Below are positions 1-9,685 of a stretch of DNA of 64,000 bases, piece after piece. Source of the DNA: a virus (taxonomy: Duplodnaviria; Caudoviricetes); IMG/VR virus record IMGVR_UViG_2843291059_000004, positions 1-64,000 of that record; one strand, given 5' to 3'. A program made the translations under genes and the position numbers. The notes below the pieces were generated by a model. It made no database searches, had not been told where the DNA came from, and saw only the letters and a program-made list of their open reading frames with translations. Every line of letters begins with the position of its first letter. Positions within the stretch are counted from its first letter, which is position 1.

Positions 1-828
1 TCATTCAATCACCTTCTCCATCTTCTCTTCTCCATACTTTGCCACGCATACATTATAAAGAAGCATCGCCCTGGTCATTAGCCCAACACCGCCGATACGA
101 GGTGTAACCTTGATATCTTCCATCCCATAAACAGCGTCGGCACAGTCACCGTGCTGCTTACCATTCTCGTCATAGTTGATACCAACATCGATGCAGACCT
201 CAACTCGATTAAGGCCAAGAGGTGTAATTAAATCGCGTTTTCCGACTGCAGAGATGATCACATCGACCATTCCAAATTCGAAAGCAGTGGCTTTCATGGC
301 GGAGCCCGTACTATTAACAGAGATCACATTACAGTGCCGTTTAATCAGCATATCGACCAGCGGACGACCTACGATATCAGACTGACCACACACAAGCACA
401 TTTTTGCCATCCAGATCGTAACCGATGGAGTCGAAAATCTTCATAACGCCCAGCGGAGTGCAAGGTTGAAATTGAGATGTAGTATTAAAACCATCAACAT
501 CAACTGCGTCTGGAATGTAGATATTTTTGGGATTGATATGTTTTGGCAGTGGAAGCTGGACGATGATACCGTCCACATCTTCCCAGTTATAATCTTCCAG
601 TATTTTATTGTTTAATTCGTCTTCAGTAATATTTTCTGGCAGCTTGATAAGCTCCGCTTCGATTCCAACCTCTTCGCAATCGCGCAGTTTACCGCGAATA
701 TAAGCGTTGGATGCAGGGTTGTCCCCTACTTGATAAATATATAAAATAGGAGCGTAGTCGGCTTCTGCGATAATATTCTTGATTTTATCCTTGATATCTT
801 GTGCAATAGATTTGCAATCAATAATCAT
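1..828 (-). CDS. folD: Bifunctional methylenetetrahydrofolate dehydrogenase/cyclohydrolase
   Basis: VGDNPASNAY, DGIIVQLPLP, DVDG, PCTP, IVGRP, DVGIN, GGVGLMT motifs. Confidence 0.93.
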   Translation of the reverse strand: MIIDCKSIAQDIKDKIKNIIAEADYAPILYIYQVGDNPASNAYIRGKLRDCEEVGIEAELIKLPENITEDELNNKILEDYNWEDVDGIIVQLPLPKHINPKNIYIPDAVDVDGFNTTSQFQPCTPLGVMKIFDSIGYDLDGKNVLVCGQSDIVGRPLVDMLIKRHCNVISVNSTGSAMKATAFEFGMVDVIISAVGKRDLITPLGLNRVEVCIDVGINYDENGKQHGDCADAVYGMEDIKVTPRIGGVGLMTRAMLLYNVCVAKYGEEKMEKVIE

Positions 829-1031
829 TGTGAACCTCCTTTATACTCACTACTACTATACAGAATATTTCGTAACTGATTGATAAAATCATTCACAACG
901 CATTCACTGCAATCTAAATTAGCCGTACACATGCCACAGCTATCAGTATAATGGCACAGTAGATCTTCGATTGATCTTTTATAATATTCTGTTTGGTCTT
1001 TATAAAGCCCTAATTCTTCCATAAGAATCAC
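825..1031 (-). CDS. Hypothetical Cys-containing protein
   Basis: ORF overlapping neighbours by 4 nt, CxxC pairs. Confidence 0.65.
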   Translation of the reverse strand: MILMEELGLYKDQTEYYKRSIEDLLCHYTDSCGMCTANLDCSECVVNDFINQLRNILYSSSEYKGGSQ

Positions 1032-1453
1032 CTCGTTACTGTACTAACTCCATTATTTTTAATCTGTCCTTTTTGAACATGAATTATTACAGAGTCAGCA
1101 TTGACAGTATTGGTTGACTTATATTCGATATATGGAGCGTTGCTATCATATACAATTTTTACATGTCCTTTGATATTCATATAAGTGCCATTGCAAAGAA
1201 CCGTAAGCATCTCGTAATTTTCTGCTGGAACATTAGATACCATAGTAGATGTATATCCGTAGATGCCCGGTTCCAGTTCCTCAATAGTGGCAGTCCACTC
1301 AATCGGATTATAATGACGATAGATACCGTCGCCAATCGCCCATACAAAATATCCAACAATAAGAGTAATGAGTACACCGACTGTCAAAAACAAGATCTTT
1401 TCTCCAAGAGTTAGTTTTTTGTTATTACCATCCAAGTTCAACACCACTTTCAT
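1028..1453 (-). CDS. Hypothetical membrane-anchored protein
   Basis: N-terminal hydrophobic helix; start uncertain. Confidence 0.7.
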   Translation of the reverse strand: MKVVLNLDGNNKKLTLGEKILFLTVGVLITLIVGYFVWAIGDGIYRHYNPIEWTATIEELEPGIYGYTSTMVSNVPAENYEMLTVLCNGTYMNIKGHVKIVYDSNAPYIEYKSTNTVNADSVIIHVQKGQIKNNGVSTVTR

Positions 1454-1916
1454 TTATAATATAGATGCCATTATCTTTCAAATACTCAATAAACTCTTCA
1501 TGCGGTAATTTATGGGCGAGCTCACAAATAGTGTGGTTACTTTTGCCTTTCACCCATTTTGTTTCTTTACGCAAGTTAGACCATTGATGTACACGAAATT
1601 CCTTGCAACGAAATTTTAAATGAAAGGTGTCCGCACACAAATCGCAAATTGGTATCTCTACATAGAAGTCACCAGGATAGCGTTTTCGTCTCCACCACTC
1701 CATATCATAGAATACAATACCATAGAGTTCAGGATAATCTTCAAATCCATGTTCTCTAAGGTAAGCAAAACCCAATCCGTTGATGGTCCATTCTGGCGAC
1801 CTTGGAACTGTATATCGAAGCTGCGATTCTGTATGCGAGATACAGGCATTGTTATATTTTCCATCAATGCCCATAATATACCAGTCAGATTTATAATAGC
1901 CTATTTGTTTAGTCAC
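1425..1916 (-). CDS. Hypothetical protein
   Basis: ORF with GGAGG RBS, coupled to neighbours. Confidence 0.7.
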   Translation of the reverse strand: MTKQIGYYKSDWYIMGIDGKYNNACISHTESQLRYTVPRSPEWTINGLGFAYLREHGFEDYPELYGIVFYDMEWWRRKRYPGDFYVEIPICDLCADTFHLKFRCKEFRVHQWSNLRKETKWVKGKSNHTICELAHKLPHEEFIEYLKDNGIYIINESGVELGW

Positions 1917-2370
1917 AACTAATCACCTCCCACGTATCATCACCCAACGGCCACGTGCATCCATAAAATGTTCCCAAATTTTCGATTTTAAAATAGTACC
2001 ATTTTTTCGTCACGTAGTCATAAATACTGTAGCAAGTGCAACGGCCATCCGGCCAATGGTTCTTTTTAATGACTTCAATATCAAGTTCTAAAAATCGTTT
2101 GATTTCGGATAATTTATATGAAGCAAAAATATAATCCCATGGGCCACGCCAATGGATAAACCACATGTGCTCTACGAAGTTCGGCCATTCTACAGAAAAT
2201 CGTTCGACTGGTTTACTTCTGCTAAAATTCTTATATTGAAGAAAATAGTTGCTGATACCGTGTACACCAGTCCAATAATGGTCTTTAGTGCAGATGAAAT
2301 GAGAATAGCTTTCCCATTCTGGATTTTGTATTTCCCAGTGATTCTTTTCGATTGAAAATCTATCGTCCAT
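1909..2370 (-). CDS. Hypothetical aromatic-rich protein
   Basis: GAGG RBS just after the junction palindrome at 2384. Confidence 0.7.
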   Translation of the reverse strand: MDDRFSIEKNHWEIQNPEWESYSHFICTKDHYWTGVHGISNYFLQYKNFSRSKPVERFSVEWPNFVEHMWFIHWRGPWDYIFASYKLSEIKRFLELDIEVIKKNHWPDGRCTCYSIYDYVTKKWYYFKIENLGTFYGCTWPLGDDTWEVISCD

Positions 2371-2397
2371 TCAATCTACCTCATAAAAGTCTAGTTC

Positions 2398-2550
2398 TTA
2401 AATGTATTTTTCGTAATCGTAAGGAATGACACCAAATCTATTAAGATATTTTTGCGCCCGATGGTGATTCTTTTTACGAACCTTTTTAGAACGGCCATGC
2501 TCTCGAAGATGGTACATTCTATTCATCTCTTTTAGTGACATCTTTCTCAT
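2398..2550 (-). CDS. Small basic protein (50 aa, MRKMSLKEMNRMYHLREHGRSKKVRKKN...)
   Basis: Hand-translated, below the ORF-track cutoff; stop overlaps junction palindrome. Confidence 0.55.
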   Translation of the reverse strand: MRKMSLKEMNRMYHLREHGRSKKVRKKNHHRAQKYLNRFGVIPYDYEKYI

Positions 2551-2604
2551 CTATTACACCACTCTTCAATCTTTTCGCACGCTTTACAAATCACATCAAA
2601 GAAA

Positions 2605-3117
2605 TCAACTCTCGTCTGCATCAGAAACAGCTTGAAGTACGCTCTCCGCTTCTTTGCGAGCCACCATTGATTGTCCATATAAGTCAAGTCCTTTCAGCCA
2701 GTAAGATGGATATTCAGTAGTCGTTTGTAACGTGTCAATATTAGTAAACCTCTCCTTGTTTTTGAAATTGGTGTAATATCCAACAAACGGAAGTCCGATG
2801 TGATCAAGCATGAATGTATCATCATACACGTTTGGTCGCTCGTCCTGAGTTTTGATCCATCCAAGGAAATCTTCACAAAGATTTGTTCCACTTCGGATTG
2901 TTTTCTTTCGGTAGGCACATATCTCTTTATGTAAGCAATGATTACAAATACTCATAGTGTTCCTCTTTTTACAAAACTTTTCTGCCCAATCACAAAAAAT
3001 ATCCTGCCAATGGGTGATATCATAGATGAATTCTTTGGCTACAAGAATGGCCTCTCTATGAACTGCTTTCCAGTATTCTTTTTTAAATGCTAAATATTCT
3101 CTTATAAGCATCATCAT
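2605..3117 (-). CDS. Hypothetical protein (CxxC...C motif)
   Basis: ORF; alternative start at 2955 (MSICNHC) with GAGG RBS. Confidence 0.6.
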   Translation of the reverse strand: MMMLIREYLAFKKEYWKAVHREAILVAKEFIYDITHWQDIFCDWAEKFCKKRNTMSICNHCLHKEICAYRKKTIRSGTNLCEDFLGWIKTQDERPNVYDDTFMLDHIGLPFVGYYTNFKNKERFTNIDTLQTTTEYPSYWLKGLDLYGQSMVARKEAESVLQAVSDADES

Positions 3118-3134
3118 ACTCTAAAACATACATT

Positions 3135-3353
3135 TTAATCGTCAAAAACTTCTTCTCGCAGAACCGGTTTATCGTGGCTCTCTACACGACTGCCGCATTC
3201 TGGACATTGTGTTTGATAAAATAAAATCACATCCAATGACTTCGCAACCAAAACACCTTCCGAATCAGACCAAAATTCACAACCACAACCACATTTAAAA
3301 TGATATGCAAATTCTTTTGGAGTTTGCTTATGTTGAATAATTTTAATCGCCAT
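3135..3353 (-). CDS. Zn-ribbon small protein (paralog A)
   Basis: FKCGCGCEF...CPECG; GGAGG RBS. Confidence 0.7.
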   Translation of the reverse strand: MAIKIIQHKQTPKEFAYHFKCGCGCEFWSDSEGVLVAKSLDVILFYQTQCPECGSRVESHDKPVLREEVFDD

Positions 3354-3573
3354 CTGGCACCTCCACGGTAAAAATAGTTTTAGTTGCTTCTTTCCAAGAA
3401 ATAAACTCAGATCCAGCAACTTCCGCTCTACATCTATAGCACGCAATCACATTATTCTCAGGAATATCCAAATCAGGATTTTCAAAAGAAGCTACTCGAA
3501 TCTTAGTTGTACAACCGCAGTTCTTACATGGAAATACGATTACCGGATTTTTCAAACTATCAGTCTTATGCAT
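3343..3573 (-). CDS. Zn-ribbon small protein (paralog B)
   Basis: CKNCGC...CYRC. Confidence 0.65.
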   Translation of the reverse strand: MHKTDSLKNPVIVFPCKNCGCTTKIRVASFENPDLDIPENNVIACYRCRAEVAGSEFISWKEATKTIFTVEVPDGD

Positions 3574-3582
3574 ATCTGCGCC

Positions 3583-3831
3583 TCAATCCACAAAAATCTT
3601 TTCTCTTGGAACTGCTGGAAAACAAGAAACGACTTGTTCTCCACATTCTGGACATTTTGCTAGTTTTACGCCTGGTGCGTATTCTCGTATAACGGAATAA
3701 CTCGGAAATTTAATATCTTTGTCATCAGCCCAAAATATACATCCGCATTGGCACGAAAATTTTGCAGCGTATCTCTTTTTCTTTGGAGTTCCTTTGTGTT
3801 GAATAATCATAATCATAGCATTCCACCTCAA
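3583..3831 (-). CDS. Zn-ribbon small protein (paralog C)
   Basis: FSCQCGCIF...CPECG. Confidence 0.7.
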   Translation of the reverse strand: MRWNAMIMIIQHKGTPKKKRYAAKFSCQCGCIFWADDKDIKFPSYSVIREYAPGVKLAKCPECGEQVVSCFPAVPREKIFVD

Positions 3832-4064
3832 TCTGTGAACACAAACGGTGTATTGAACACAAACGGTGTATTAAAAAAGTTCGACCCAATAATCATATTT
3901 TCTTCAGACAAAGCAACCTTGATAACATCATCGTCTATATGCGTCTCATCACATTCTACTGTGTCGCAGACCTTATGATATTCGCTATCCTTCTTTGTGA
4001 ATAGCGTTCCTTCACCAAGGTTTAATGAAGTTGTTTTCTTTTCTTTTCGAATATGCGCTTTCAT
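3828..4064 (-). CDS. Hypothetical protein
   Basis: ORF with RBS; C-terminal NTPFVF x2. Confidence 0.6.
   Translation of the reverse strand: MKAHIRKEKKTTSLNLGEGTLFTKKDSEYHKVCDTVECDETHIDDDVIKVALSEENMIIGSNFFNTPFVFNTPFVFTD
3836..3871. repeat. Perfect 18-bp tandem duplication (tgaacacaaacggtgtat x2)
   Basis: Read directly; in frame within 3828..4064. Confidence 0.9.
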
Positions 4065-4077
4065 ACAATCACCTTAA

Positions 4078-4323
4078 TCAAATATCGTTAAACGTATCTA
4101 TAATCCATCCAATAAGACTATTTAGTTTTTCTACAATTTTATAAAGGAAATCCTTCAAATGAGGTTTTGGCTCAGGCATACTGCATGTAAATTCCGCTGG
4201 GCCTTCTCTTTTCGGAGAACTTGTTTGCATGACATATACTTCATCGTTGCGAATGATTCCAATTTGAGTACAGTTGTCACCATTACAGTTGCAAGTCTGA
4301 TTTATTGTGATGTTTCGTTTCAT
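4078..4323 (-). CDS. Hypothetical protein
   Basis: ORF in co-oriented run. Confidence 0.6.
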   Translation of the reverse strand: MKRNITINQTCNCNGDNCTQIGIIRNDEVYVMQTSSPKREGPAEFTCSMPEPKPHLKDFLYKIVEKLNSLIGWIIDTFNDI

Positions 4324-4358
4324 ATTATTTATTCCACCCACCCACCCATAAAACCTAT

Positions 4359-4562
4359 TTACTCTAATTGTTCAAGTGCAGATATCAAATACAAAATTAA
4401 AGTCTTTGTCTTCTCTTTTGTGAGCGTTGCAGAACTTAATTCCATATCGGGAGCATCACTATAATATGCAAGTTCGACGGCACCGTTTGAGACTATTACG
4501 CCAATATCTACATTGTAAATTCCGTCTGTCGCTTGCAGGAAACCGATTTTATTTTCTTCCAT
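4359..4562 (-). CDS. Hypothetical protein
   Basis: GGAGG RBS. Confidence 0.65.
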   Translation of the reverse strand: MEENKIGFLQATDGIYNVDIGVIVSNGAVELAYYSDAPDMELSSATLTKEKTKTLILYLISALEQLE

Positions 4563-4585
4563 AAATCCTCCGTAAAATTTACCTT

Positions 4586-4918
4586 TTAGAAGTTAATTGA
4601 ATCAAATAGGTTTTTACTTAAATCATCAATCATTGGCTCCATACACATTCTAACAAAATCATTGATTTCCTTATTCGTCATGGTAGTCTTACTAAAAGCG
4701 TTACAAGACTTACTGGGCTCTTTTTGAATGTCATTTTTCACTTTTGCCTTTTCAGTGAATCCCATATTCTCAAGACATTTGCAGTAGCCAACAATCTCAT
4801 TATAGAAGATGTGGTCGTACTCTTCTAAAAGCGTGTGCTCGTTAAACAGCTTTACTTGCCATGCAATTCCAAATGGAGCTTCTTTCTCGTAATGAGATTC
4901 AATAGCGTAATACTTCAT
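4586..4918 (-). CDS. Hypothetical protein
   Basis: AGGAG RBS; stop in junction palindrome. Confidence 0.7.
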   Translation of the reverse strand: MKYYAIESHYEKEAPFGIAWQVKLFNEHTLLEEYDHIFYNEIVGYCKCLENMGFTEKAKVKNDIQKEPSKSCNAFSKTTMTNKEINDFVRMCMEPMIDDLSKNLFDSINF

Positions 4919-4930
4919 TATGTATTCTCC

Positions 4931-5236
4931 TTACAGTCCAAGTTTCTCCTTAACCATCTTCAGTGCATTGTTTGCCTCGTTGTAGGCGTCTTTTGCCAGA
5001 TGATAAGCATTCATCTTTTCGACCAACTCAGCCTTTGCGATAACCTCTTTCATGTCAGCATTTGCGAGTTCATCACTGTGATTAAAATCATTAAGAATCA
5101 ATCCCTCACAGAAACCTTCTGCCTTATCCTTTGACAGCACCTTCTCTATTACAGCACCGTTGTCACCATTGAACATTTTTACGATACATTCGGTAGTCTC
5201 TTCACCATTGTCATACACATAAAAATACTTAGCCAT
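4931..5236 (-). CDS. Hypothetical protein
   Basis: GGAGG RBS. Confidence 0.7.
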   Translation of the reverse strand: MAKYFYVYDNGEETTECIVKMFNGDNGAVIEKVLSKDKAEGFCEGLILNDFNHSDELANADMKEVIAKAELVEKMNAYHLAKDAYNEANNALKMVKEKLGL

Positions 5237-5239
5237 AAT

Positions 5240-5713
5240 TTAGTCCTCCTCAACTTTTTCAAATTTATAGACAGTGTTTTCTGTTTGAATAATCAAATTC
5301 TTTTTGTCATCAGAAATATAATAATCGGCAACATGGGATGTGTGCATTGCGCCCGGATAATCATGTCCCTCGTTGTCTTTGATGTACCGGAATCCAACTG
5401 ATTCTCCGCTCTTCAGACGTACAATCTTCATGGTCATGCCAATCCAAGTGGGATACCAGCCGTCGTTTCGAGTGCGACCCGTTACCAGTGAGATTGCGTC
5501 CGCAAGCTTGTACTGATTTTCCATAATCTCATCATCAATCGGATTTTTATGAGTCAATGCAGCATTCGGCATCTTCTCAATTGTGCGTGTTAGAAGAAGC
5601 ATGAAATGCATAAACGCGTCATGTCCTTCTTTTCCAACATCGATTTCTGCGTACTTGCCCATCCGATATAGAAGCTCGGACGTATCAATTGTCTTTCCCA
5701 TGGTTTCCTCCAT
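5240..5713 (-). CDS. Hypothetical protein
   Basis: Coupled to dut. Confidence 0.7.
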   Translation of the reverse strand: MEETMGKTIDTSELLYRMGKYAEIDVGKEGHDAFMHFMLLLTRTIEKMPNAALTHKNPIDDEIMENQYKLADAISLVTGRTRNDGWYPTWIGMTMKIVRLKSGESVGFRYIKDNEGHDYPGAMHTSHVADYYISDDKKNLIIQTENTVYKFEKVEED

Positions 5714-6246
5714 TACTGTTTTCCGGTACTTCCAAACCCACCGGCTCCGCGCTCAGTTCCGTCCAATTCAGAAACTTCTTCAAAATCAGCCTGCCAGAAC
5801 GGAACAATCGCCATCTGAGCAATGCGATCACCGTGAGTAATCATTTGAGGGATATTAGAATGATTATGTAGTGCTACAATATACTCTCCACGGTAATCCT
5901 GATCGCAAATGCCAGTTTTGTTTGCAGGAGCAAGTCCCAGCTTAGTTGCCAAACCGCTGCGAGCATAGATAGCGACATACCAACCTTCCGGCGGAGCCAT
6001 CCGTAAACCAGTATGTACCTTAACGGTCTCATGCGGCTGAATCATAATGCAGCGATCACCATTCTTGTTTACCATCGTTGCGTCATCAAAACCGATATAG
6101 GCATAAAGGTCTGCGCAAGCAGCATTTTTAGAACCATAAGTCGGCAGATGAGCATCTTCGTGCAGTTTATTGATCTTGATATTTGGATGGTAAATAGTAG
6201 TAAAAGAATCGCAATCCGGGAACTTTTCGTAATTTCCTAAATCCAT
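5713..6246 (-). CDS. dut: dUTP diphosphatase (trimeric)
   Basis: ARSGLA, GICDQDYRGE, GDRIAQ, RGAGGFGSTG; start refined to MDLGNY. Confidence 0.95.
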   Translation of the reverse strand: MDLGNYEKFPDCDSFTTIYHPNIKINKLHEDAHLPTYGSKNAACADLYAYIGFDDATMVNKNGDRCIMIQPHETVKVHTGLRMAPPEGWYVAIYARSGLATKLGLAPANKTGICDQDYRGEYIVALHNHSNIPQMITHGDRIAQMAIVPFWQADFEEVSELDGTERGAGGFGSTGKQ

Positions 6247-6247
6247 A

Positions 6248-6775
6248 TTATTTTCCTTTCTTTTCTGGAGTCCACCAAAGGGTTGGCTCTTTATACCCAA
6301 GACTCCATTTAATATCAATTACTCGTTGGTTCTTGCTTCCCATGTATGGAAGTGAAATATCTTTTTCTGCTTCAATAAAAGGACCATCTACAAGGACGTT
6401 AATGTCAGCAAGAATGTCAGCTATGAGCCCATCCTGATCCCATAATTCTTCCCACTTATATCCAGTCCAGAGCCAGACGTCTTTTTTGCTCAAAAATTCA
6501 GTCCATACACGATGGACGATTTTCTTAACAACCTCTCTATTTTCTGGCAGTAGTGGATCTCCACCAGTGAGCGTAAGCCCTTGAATATAATCAGGTCGAA
6601 GTAAATCTACAATTTTATCAAGCGTTTCATCTGTGAATGGCTGACCACCATTCGGGTCCCATGTAGTAGGGTTCTGACAGCTGGGGCAATGATGCGTACA
6701 ACCCTGCACGAAAAGTGTGACACGCACCCCTTCACCATTCGCTATATCACATGGAACGATTTTAGCGTAGTTCAT
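6248..6775 (-). CDS. nrdG: Anaerobic ribonucleotide reductase activating enzyme
   Basis: NGEGVRVTLFVQGCTHHCPSC (CxxxCxxC), GGDPL, LVDGPF, GSKNQR. Confidence 0.95.
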   Translation of the reverse strand: MNYAKIVPCDIANGEGVRVTLFVQGCTHHCPSCQNPTTWDPNGGQPFTDETLDKIVDLLRPDYIQGLTLTGGDPLLPENREVVKKIVHRVWTEFLSKKDVWLWTGYKWEELWDQDGLIADILADINVLVDGPFIEAEKDISLPYMGSKNQRVIDIKWSLGYKEPTLWWTPEKKGK

Positions 6776-6776
6776 C

Positions 6777-6977
6777 TTAAACAAACCTCATCCACATACT
6801 TGCACATACGATGATAAAAACATTCAGTGCAACACAGCCATACATTCCGTTCTTCCTATCACCTCGGAAAATATATGTAGAGGTGTCATATAGAATCTGC
6901 TCAGAGCGAATTACCGCAGCGGTGAAAATCAAAATGATATAAGCCTTGACCATAAGCCAAACAATCTCAGTCAGCAT
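6777..6977 (-). CDS. Small two-TM membrane protein
   Basis: Two hydrophobic segments. Confidence 0.6.
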   Translation of the reverse strand: MLTEIVWLMVKAYIILIFTAAVIRSEQILYDTSTYIFRGDRKNGMYGCVALNVFIIVCASMWMRFV

Positions 6978-7275
6978 CGATTAACACCTCCTCGATTGGA
7001 ACAACCTGACCATTAACGTAGTAGCACATCTGACCGTGCTCATTATAATAAGGAGACATATAGCCGTAGCCTTGATTGCCTGTACTTCCACAGAATAAGT
7101 AATACATAATGTGTGTATCCTTATCGTATACCATATGGGTATCACTGATACGATAGAACCAGCCATTCTCTACAGCTACATTTCCTACTGAGTCTTTCAC
7201 GCTTGTACTGCATCCAGTCAGTATAATAGCTGCTAGAAGTACGCATACGGCAGTATTTTTGAAAGTTTTAAACAT
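6967..7275 (-). CDS. Putative lipoprotein
   Basis: MFKTFKN...AAIILTGC lipobox; GAAAGG RBS. Confidence 0.7.
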   Translation of the reverse strand: MFKTFKNTAVCVLLAAIILTGCSTSVKDSVGNVAVENGWFYRISDTHMVYDKDTHIMYYLFCGSTGNQGYGYMSPYYNEHGQMCYYVNGQVVPIEEVLIDAD

Positions 7276-7303
7276 ACCTTTCCTTTCTGTTAAAAGCGGA
7301 ATT

Positions 7304-7642
7304 TTATTTGCTACAATCCTTGTTTTTCTTAATCTTGTTGAGCAGTTTTTCGTATTCGTACTTATCGTCCGGCCAGTTAAGACTACTCCAATCCAACGCT
7401 TGCCCGCATTCTGGACAAAAATTATCAAACGGAGGTTTTAGTTTTTCAAGTTTCTTGTATAGATAACTATATCCACAACTTGGACATAAGACCATTTCAC
7501 ATAATGGTGCATTTTTAACCTTTTTAGGCATTCGAATTTTAAGTGCTTCCATTCCCATGTAACGAGCACGGTGGACTGTATATGAATCTTCGTAATAGGG
7601 ATTTTTTGGGTCAAGAATCTCGATTGCTTGCTCAAGAGTCAT
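7304..7642 (-). CDS. Zn-ribbon phage protein
   Basis: CPSCG...FCPECGQALDW. Confidence 0.7.
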   Translation of the reverse strand: MTLEQAIEILDPKNPYYEDSYTVHRARYMGMEALKIRMPKKVKNAPLCEMVLCPSCGYSYLYKKLEKLKPPFDNFCPECGQALDWSSLNWPDDKYEYEKLLNKIKKNKDCSK

Positions 7643-8069
7643 CCCTATCACACTCCTGTTTTGTCTTATAGTCATCGAAGAACGAACCATAATCAAACCA
7701 CTGATCTTTGATGATGTTACCGATGATTTTCACAGACTCTCCTCTTTTGATAGCTGCACGGATATATTTTCCTTTTAGTGATTCAAGTTCAGAACAATCA
7801 ACAACATCTAAAATTCTTACGATAGCTTCAGCTCCGCCTTCGTAACCTTCAAAATTTGCGGCATTCCCATCTTTAATAAGCTCTCCATTGATGTAGAATC
7901 TTCTACCGATAGAAGGGCCTATGTAATTTACTCCCCATCCATCACCTTCTAAAGTGAGTGCAAGAGAAAGAAATCCGTAATCTTTTATTCCAAAAGATAC
8001 ATTTTTAATGTATGCGTTTCTCAGCTCATATCCATTAGCTTCAAGAAAGTCTTTAGTCCACTTTTTCAT
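7632..8069 (-). CDS. Conserved-type phage hypothetical protein
   Basis: GGAGG RBS after junction palindrome 8082. Confidence 0.75.
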   Translation of the reverse strand: MKKWTKDFLEANGYELRNAYIKNVSFGIKDYGFLSLALTLEGDGWGVNYIGPSIGRRFYINGELIKDGNAANFEGYEGGAEAIVRILDVVDCSELESLKGKYIRAAIKRGESVKIIGNIIKDQWFDYGSFFDDYKTKQECDRDDS

Positions 8070-8097
8070 ATTGGCACCTCCTAAAACGGCACTTTTA

Positions 8098-8319
8098 TCA
8101 AGCCTTTAAATAGCTCCAATAGTTAATGTACAAAAGTCGAGCGCTTACATCTGGCTCATAAGGAGCAAATAGATGCTCCCTGTGCCATTGGCCGCGCACA
8201 TATTGGATTGCTTCATACTCACTGTCAGCAGGGATCTCATAATATGAGAAATTGCGTTCTCCGTTAGCCATAATGTATGATAGACTTACACCGTATACAC
8301 AGGTTTGGCCATAATTCAT
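8098..8319 (-). CDS. Hypothetical protein
   Basis: GGAG RBS. Confidence 0.6.
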   Translation of the reverse strand: MNYGQTCVYGVSLSYIMANGERNFSYYEIPADSEYEAIQYVRGQWHREHLFAPYEPDVSARLLYINYWSYLKA

Positions 8320-8597
8320 AACAGTCTCCATTCTTCTCTGGAATACATTTCCATCCAAAGATTCTTCAACGGAATTCCATTTATCTTCTTTGCCTCAAGA
8401 TGTTTTATTTCAAGCCGCTCATTATTGCAGCATTCGTATCTTATTGTGCTCTCCACTTCATAATGAGTATTTTCGTTTACAATCTCACAAGACGCCCAGT
8501 TATCGGTTTCAATAATAAGCACTTCCTTATATGATGGGTTAAATATGGGGTCAATATCGAAGTAACATTTTGATTCAACATTCATAATGTACCCCAC
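8316..8597 (-). CDS. Hypothetical protein
   Basis: Coupled ORF. Confidence 0.6.
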   Translation of the reverse strand: MGYIMNVESKCYFDIDPIFNPSYKEVLIIETDNWASCEIVNENTHYEVESTIRYECCNNERLEIKHLEAKKINGIPLKNLWMEMYSREEWRLL

Positions 8598-8736
8598 TTT
8601 TCTCTACCACATGTATCACATACAAAGTGCCATTTATCATGCCAGCTATGAGTGTTATCGTAAAGCATAACACCGCCACATCTACTGCATTCTGGAAGGA
8701 ACCAACGGAGTAGACGTTTCAAGAACTTAATCATCT

Positions 8737-9078
8737 TTACTCCTTCTTCTCAATAATATCAGCCCTTTCCATAGTCTCGAAGAAATCTTCCATAATGGCA
8801 TCAGCCATCTTACCATGTATTTCAGGAAGACCTAGTCCAAAATCTCTAAAAGCACAGTGTAGGCAGCCCCATGGAGTTAAGGCGAATTTTTCATAAAAAT
8901 CATCATCAGGATTGTTTTCTTTCGAATCCAACATATTCGTCTCGTACTCAAACTGTTTCACTTCATTCTTGGTGAGCCATTTCTGCCACTTACCACAAGC
9001 AGAGCAATACAGACCAATCTGGCTACCTTTACTCTGGATAAAGAAGGATTCACTGCCACACTTACATTTGAAGTCCAT
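8737..9078 (-). CDS. Zn-ribbon phage protein
   Basis: CKCGS...GLYCSACGKWQKWL. Confidence 0.7.
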   Translation of the reverse strand: MDFKCKCGSESFFIQSKGSQIGLYCSACGKWQKWLTKNEVKQFEYETNMLDSKENNPDDDFYEKFALTPWGCLHCAFRDFGLGLPEIHGKMADAIMEDFFETMERADIIEKKE

Positions 9079-9079
9079 C

Positions 9080-9256
9080 TCAGCCACCTGCCTTTTCAAT
9101 GCTCTGAATCATACAGCTCATGTTAGGATGAGCCTTTTCAAAGCGATGATGCGCCTTGTTCATAGCATCATTTTGATCCTGTGCCTTTACCATATATGTA
9201 TTGAATGCCTGATTCCCATCATCGTAGTACATTACTTCAACAGACCAATAATCCAT
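9080..9256 (-). CDS. Hypothetical protein
   Basis: AAAGGAG RBS before MDYWSV. Confidence 0.6.
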   Translation of the reverse strand: MDYWSVEVMYYDDGNQAFNTYMVKAQDQNDAMNKAHHRFEKAHPNMSCMIQSIEKAGG

Positions 9257-9436
9257 AAGACTCCTTTCTTTATCGACCGTTATAAAAATCAAACTCAACA
9301 TCAGAAATAATATCTTCCATTTCATTTTGACTAATATTGTTCGCTTGTTGTATGACTCGAATAATTTCGAGAATCAACTGACGTATACGTTCCACATCCA
9401 TGTTTTCATGCCACCACACCCACCCTGCTTGTTTAT

Positions 9437-9664
9437 TTACTTACCTCGGCTACCCTTAATGAATCGTTCCAGAAAAACTAGAGCCAGCCAGATGCCTGTC
9501 GCCACTTTAACGGTAAAAGTGATATTCAGCAGCTTAAAAATCAGCCAAATAATACCAATCGTGATAATCCACGAGGTAAAATATGTAGCTGCCAGAATCA
9601 GAACGATTCCCAGAAAAGAACCAAGCGCCTTAAAGAAATTCTTCCACGCTTCTATTCCAATCAC
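9437..9664 (-). CDS. Small membrane protein
   Basis: Long hydrophobic stretches. Confidence 0.65.
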   Translation of the reverse strand: MIGIEAWKNFFKALGSFLGIVLILAATYFTSWIITIGIIWLIFKLLNITFTVKVATGIWLALVFLERFIKGSRGK

Positions 9665-9685
9665 CTTCTTTCAAAAATTTTCATT

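Noticed and set aside
4349-4361. Possible junction palindrome (also 47140-47155, 63073-63088)
   Set aside because: Spacing or one arm does not fit the N6 register; left out of the count
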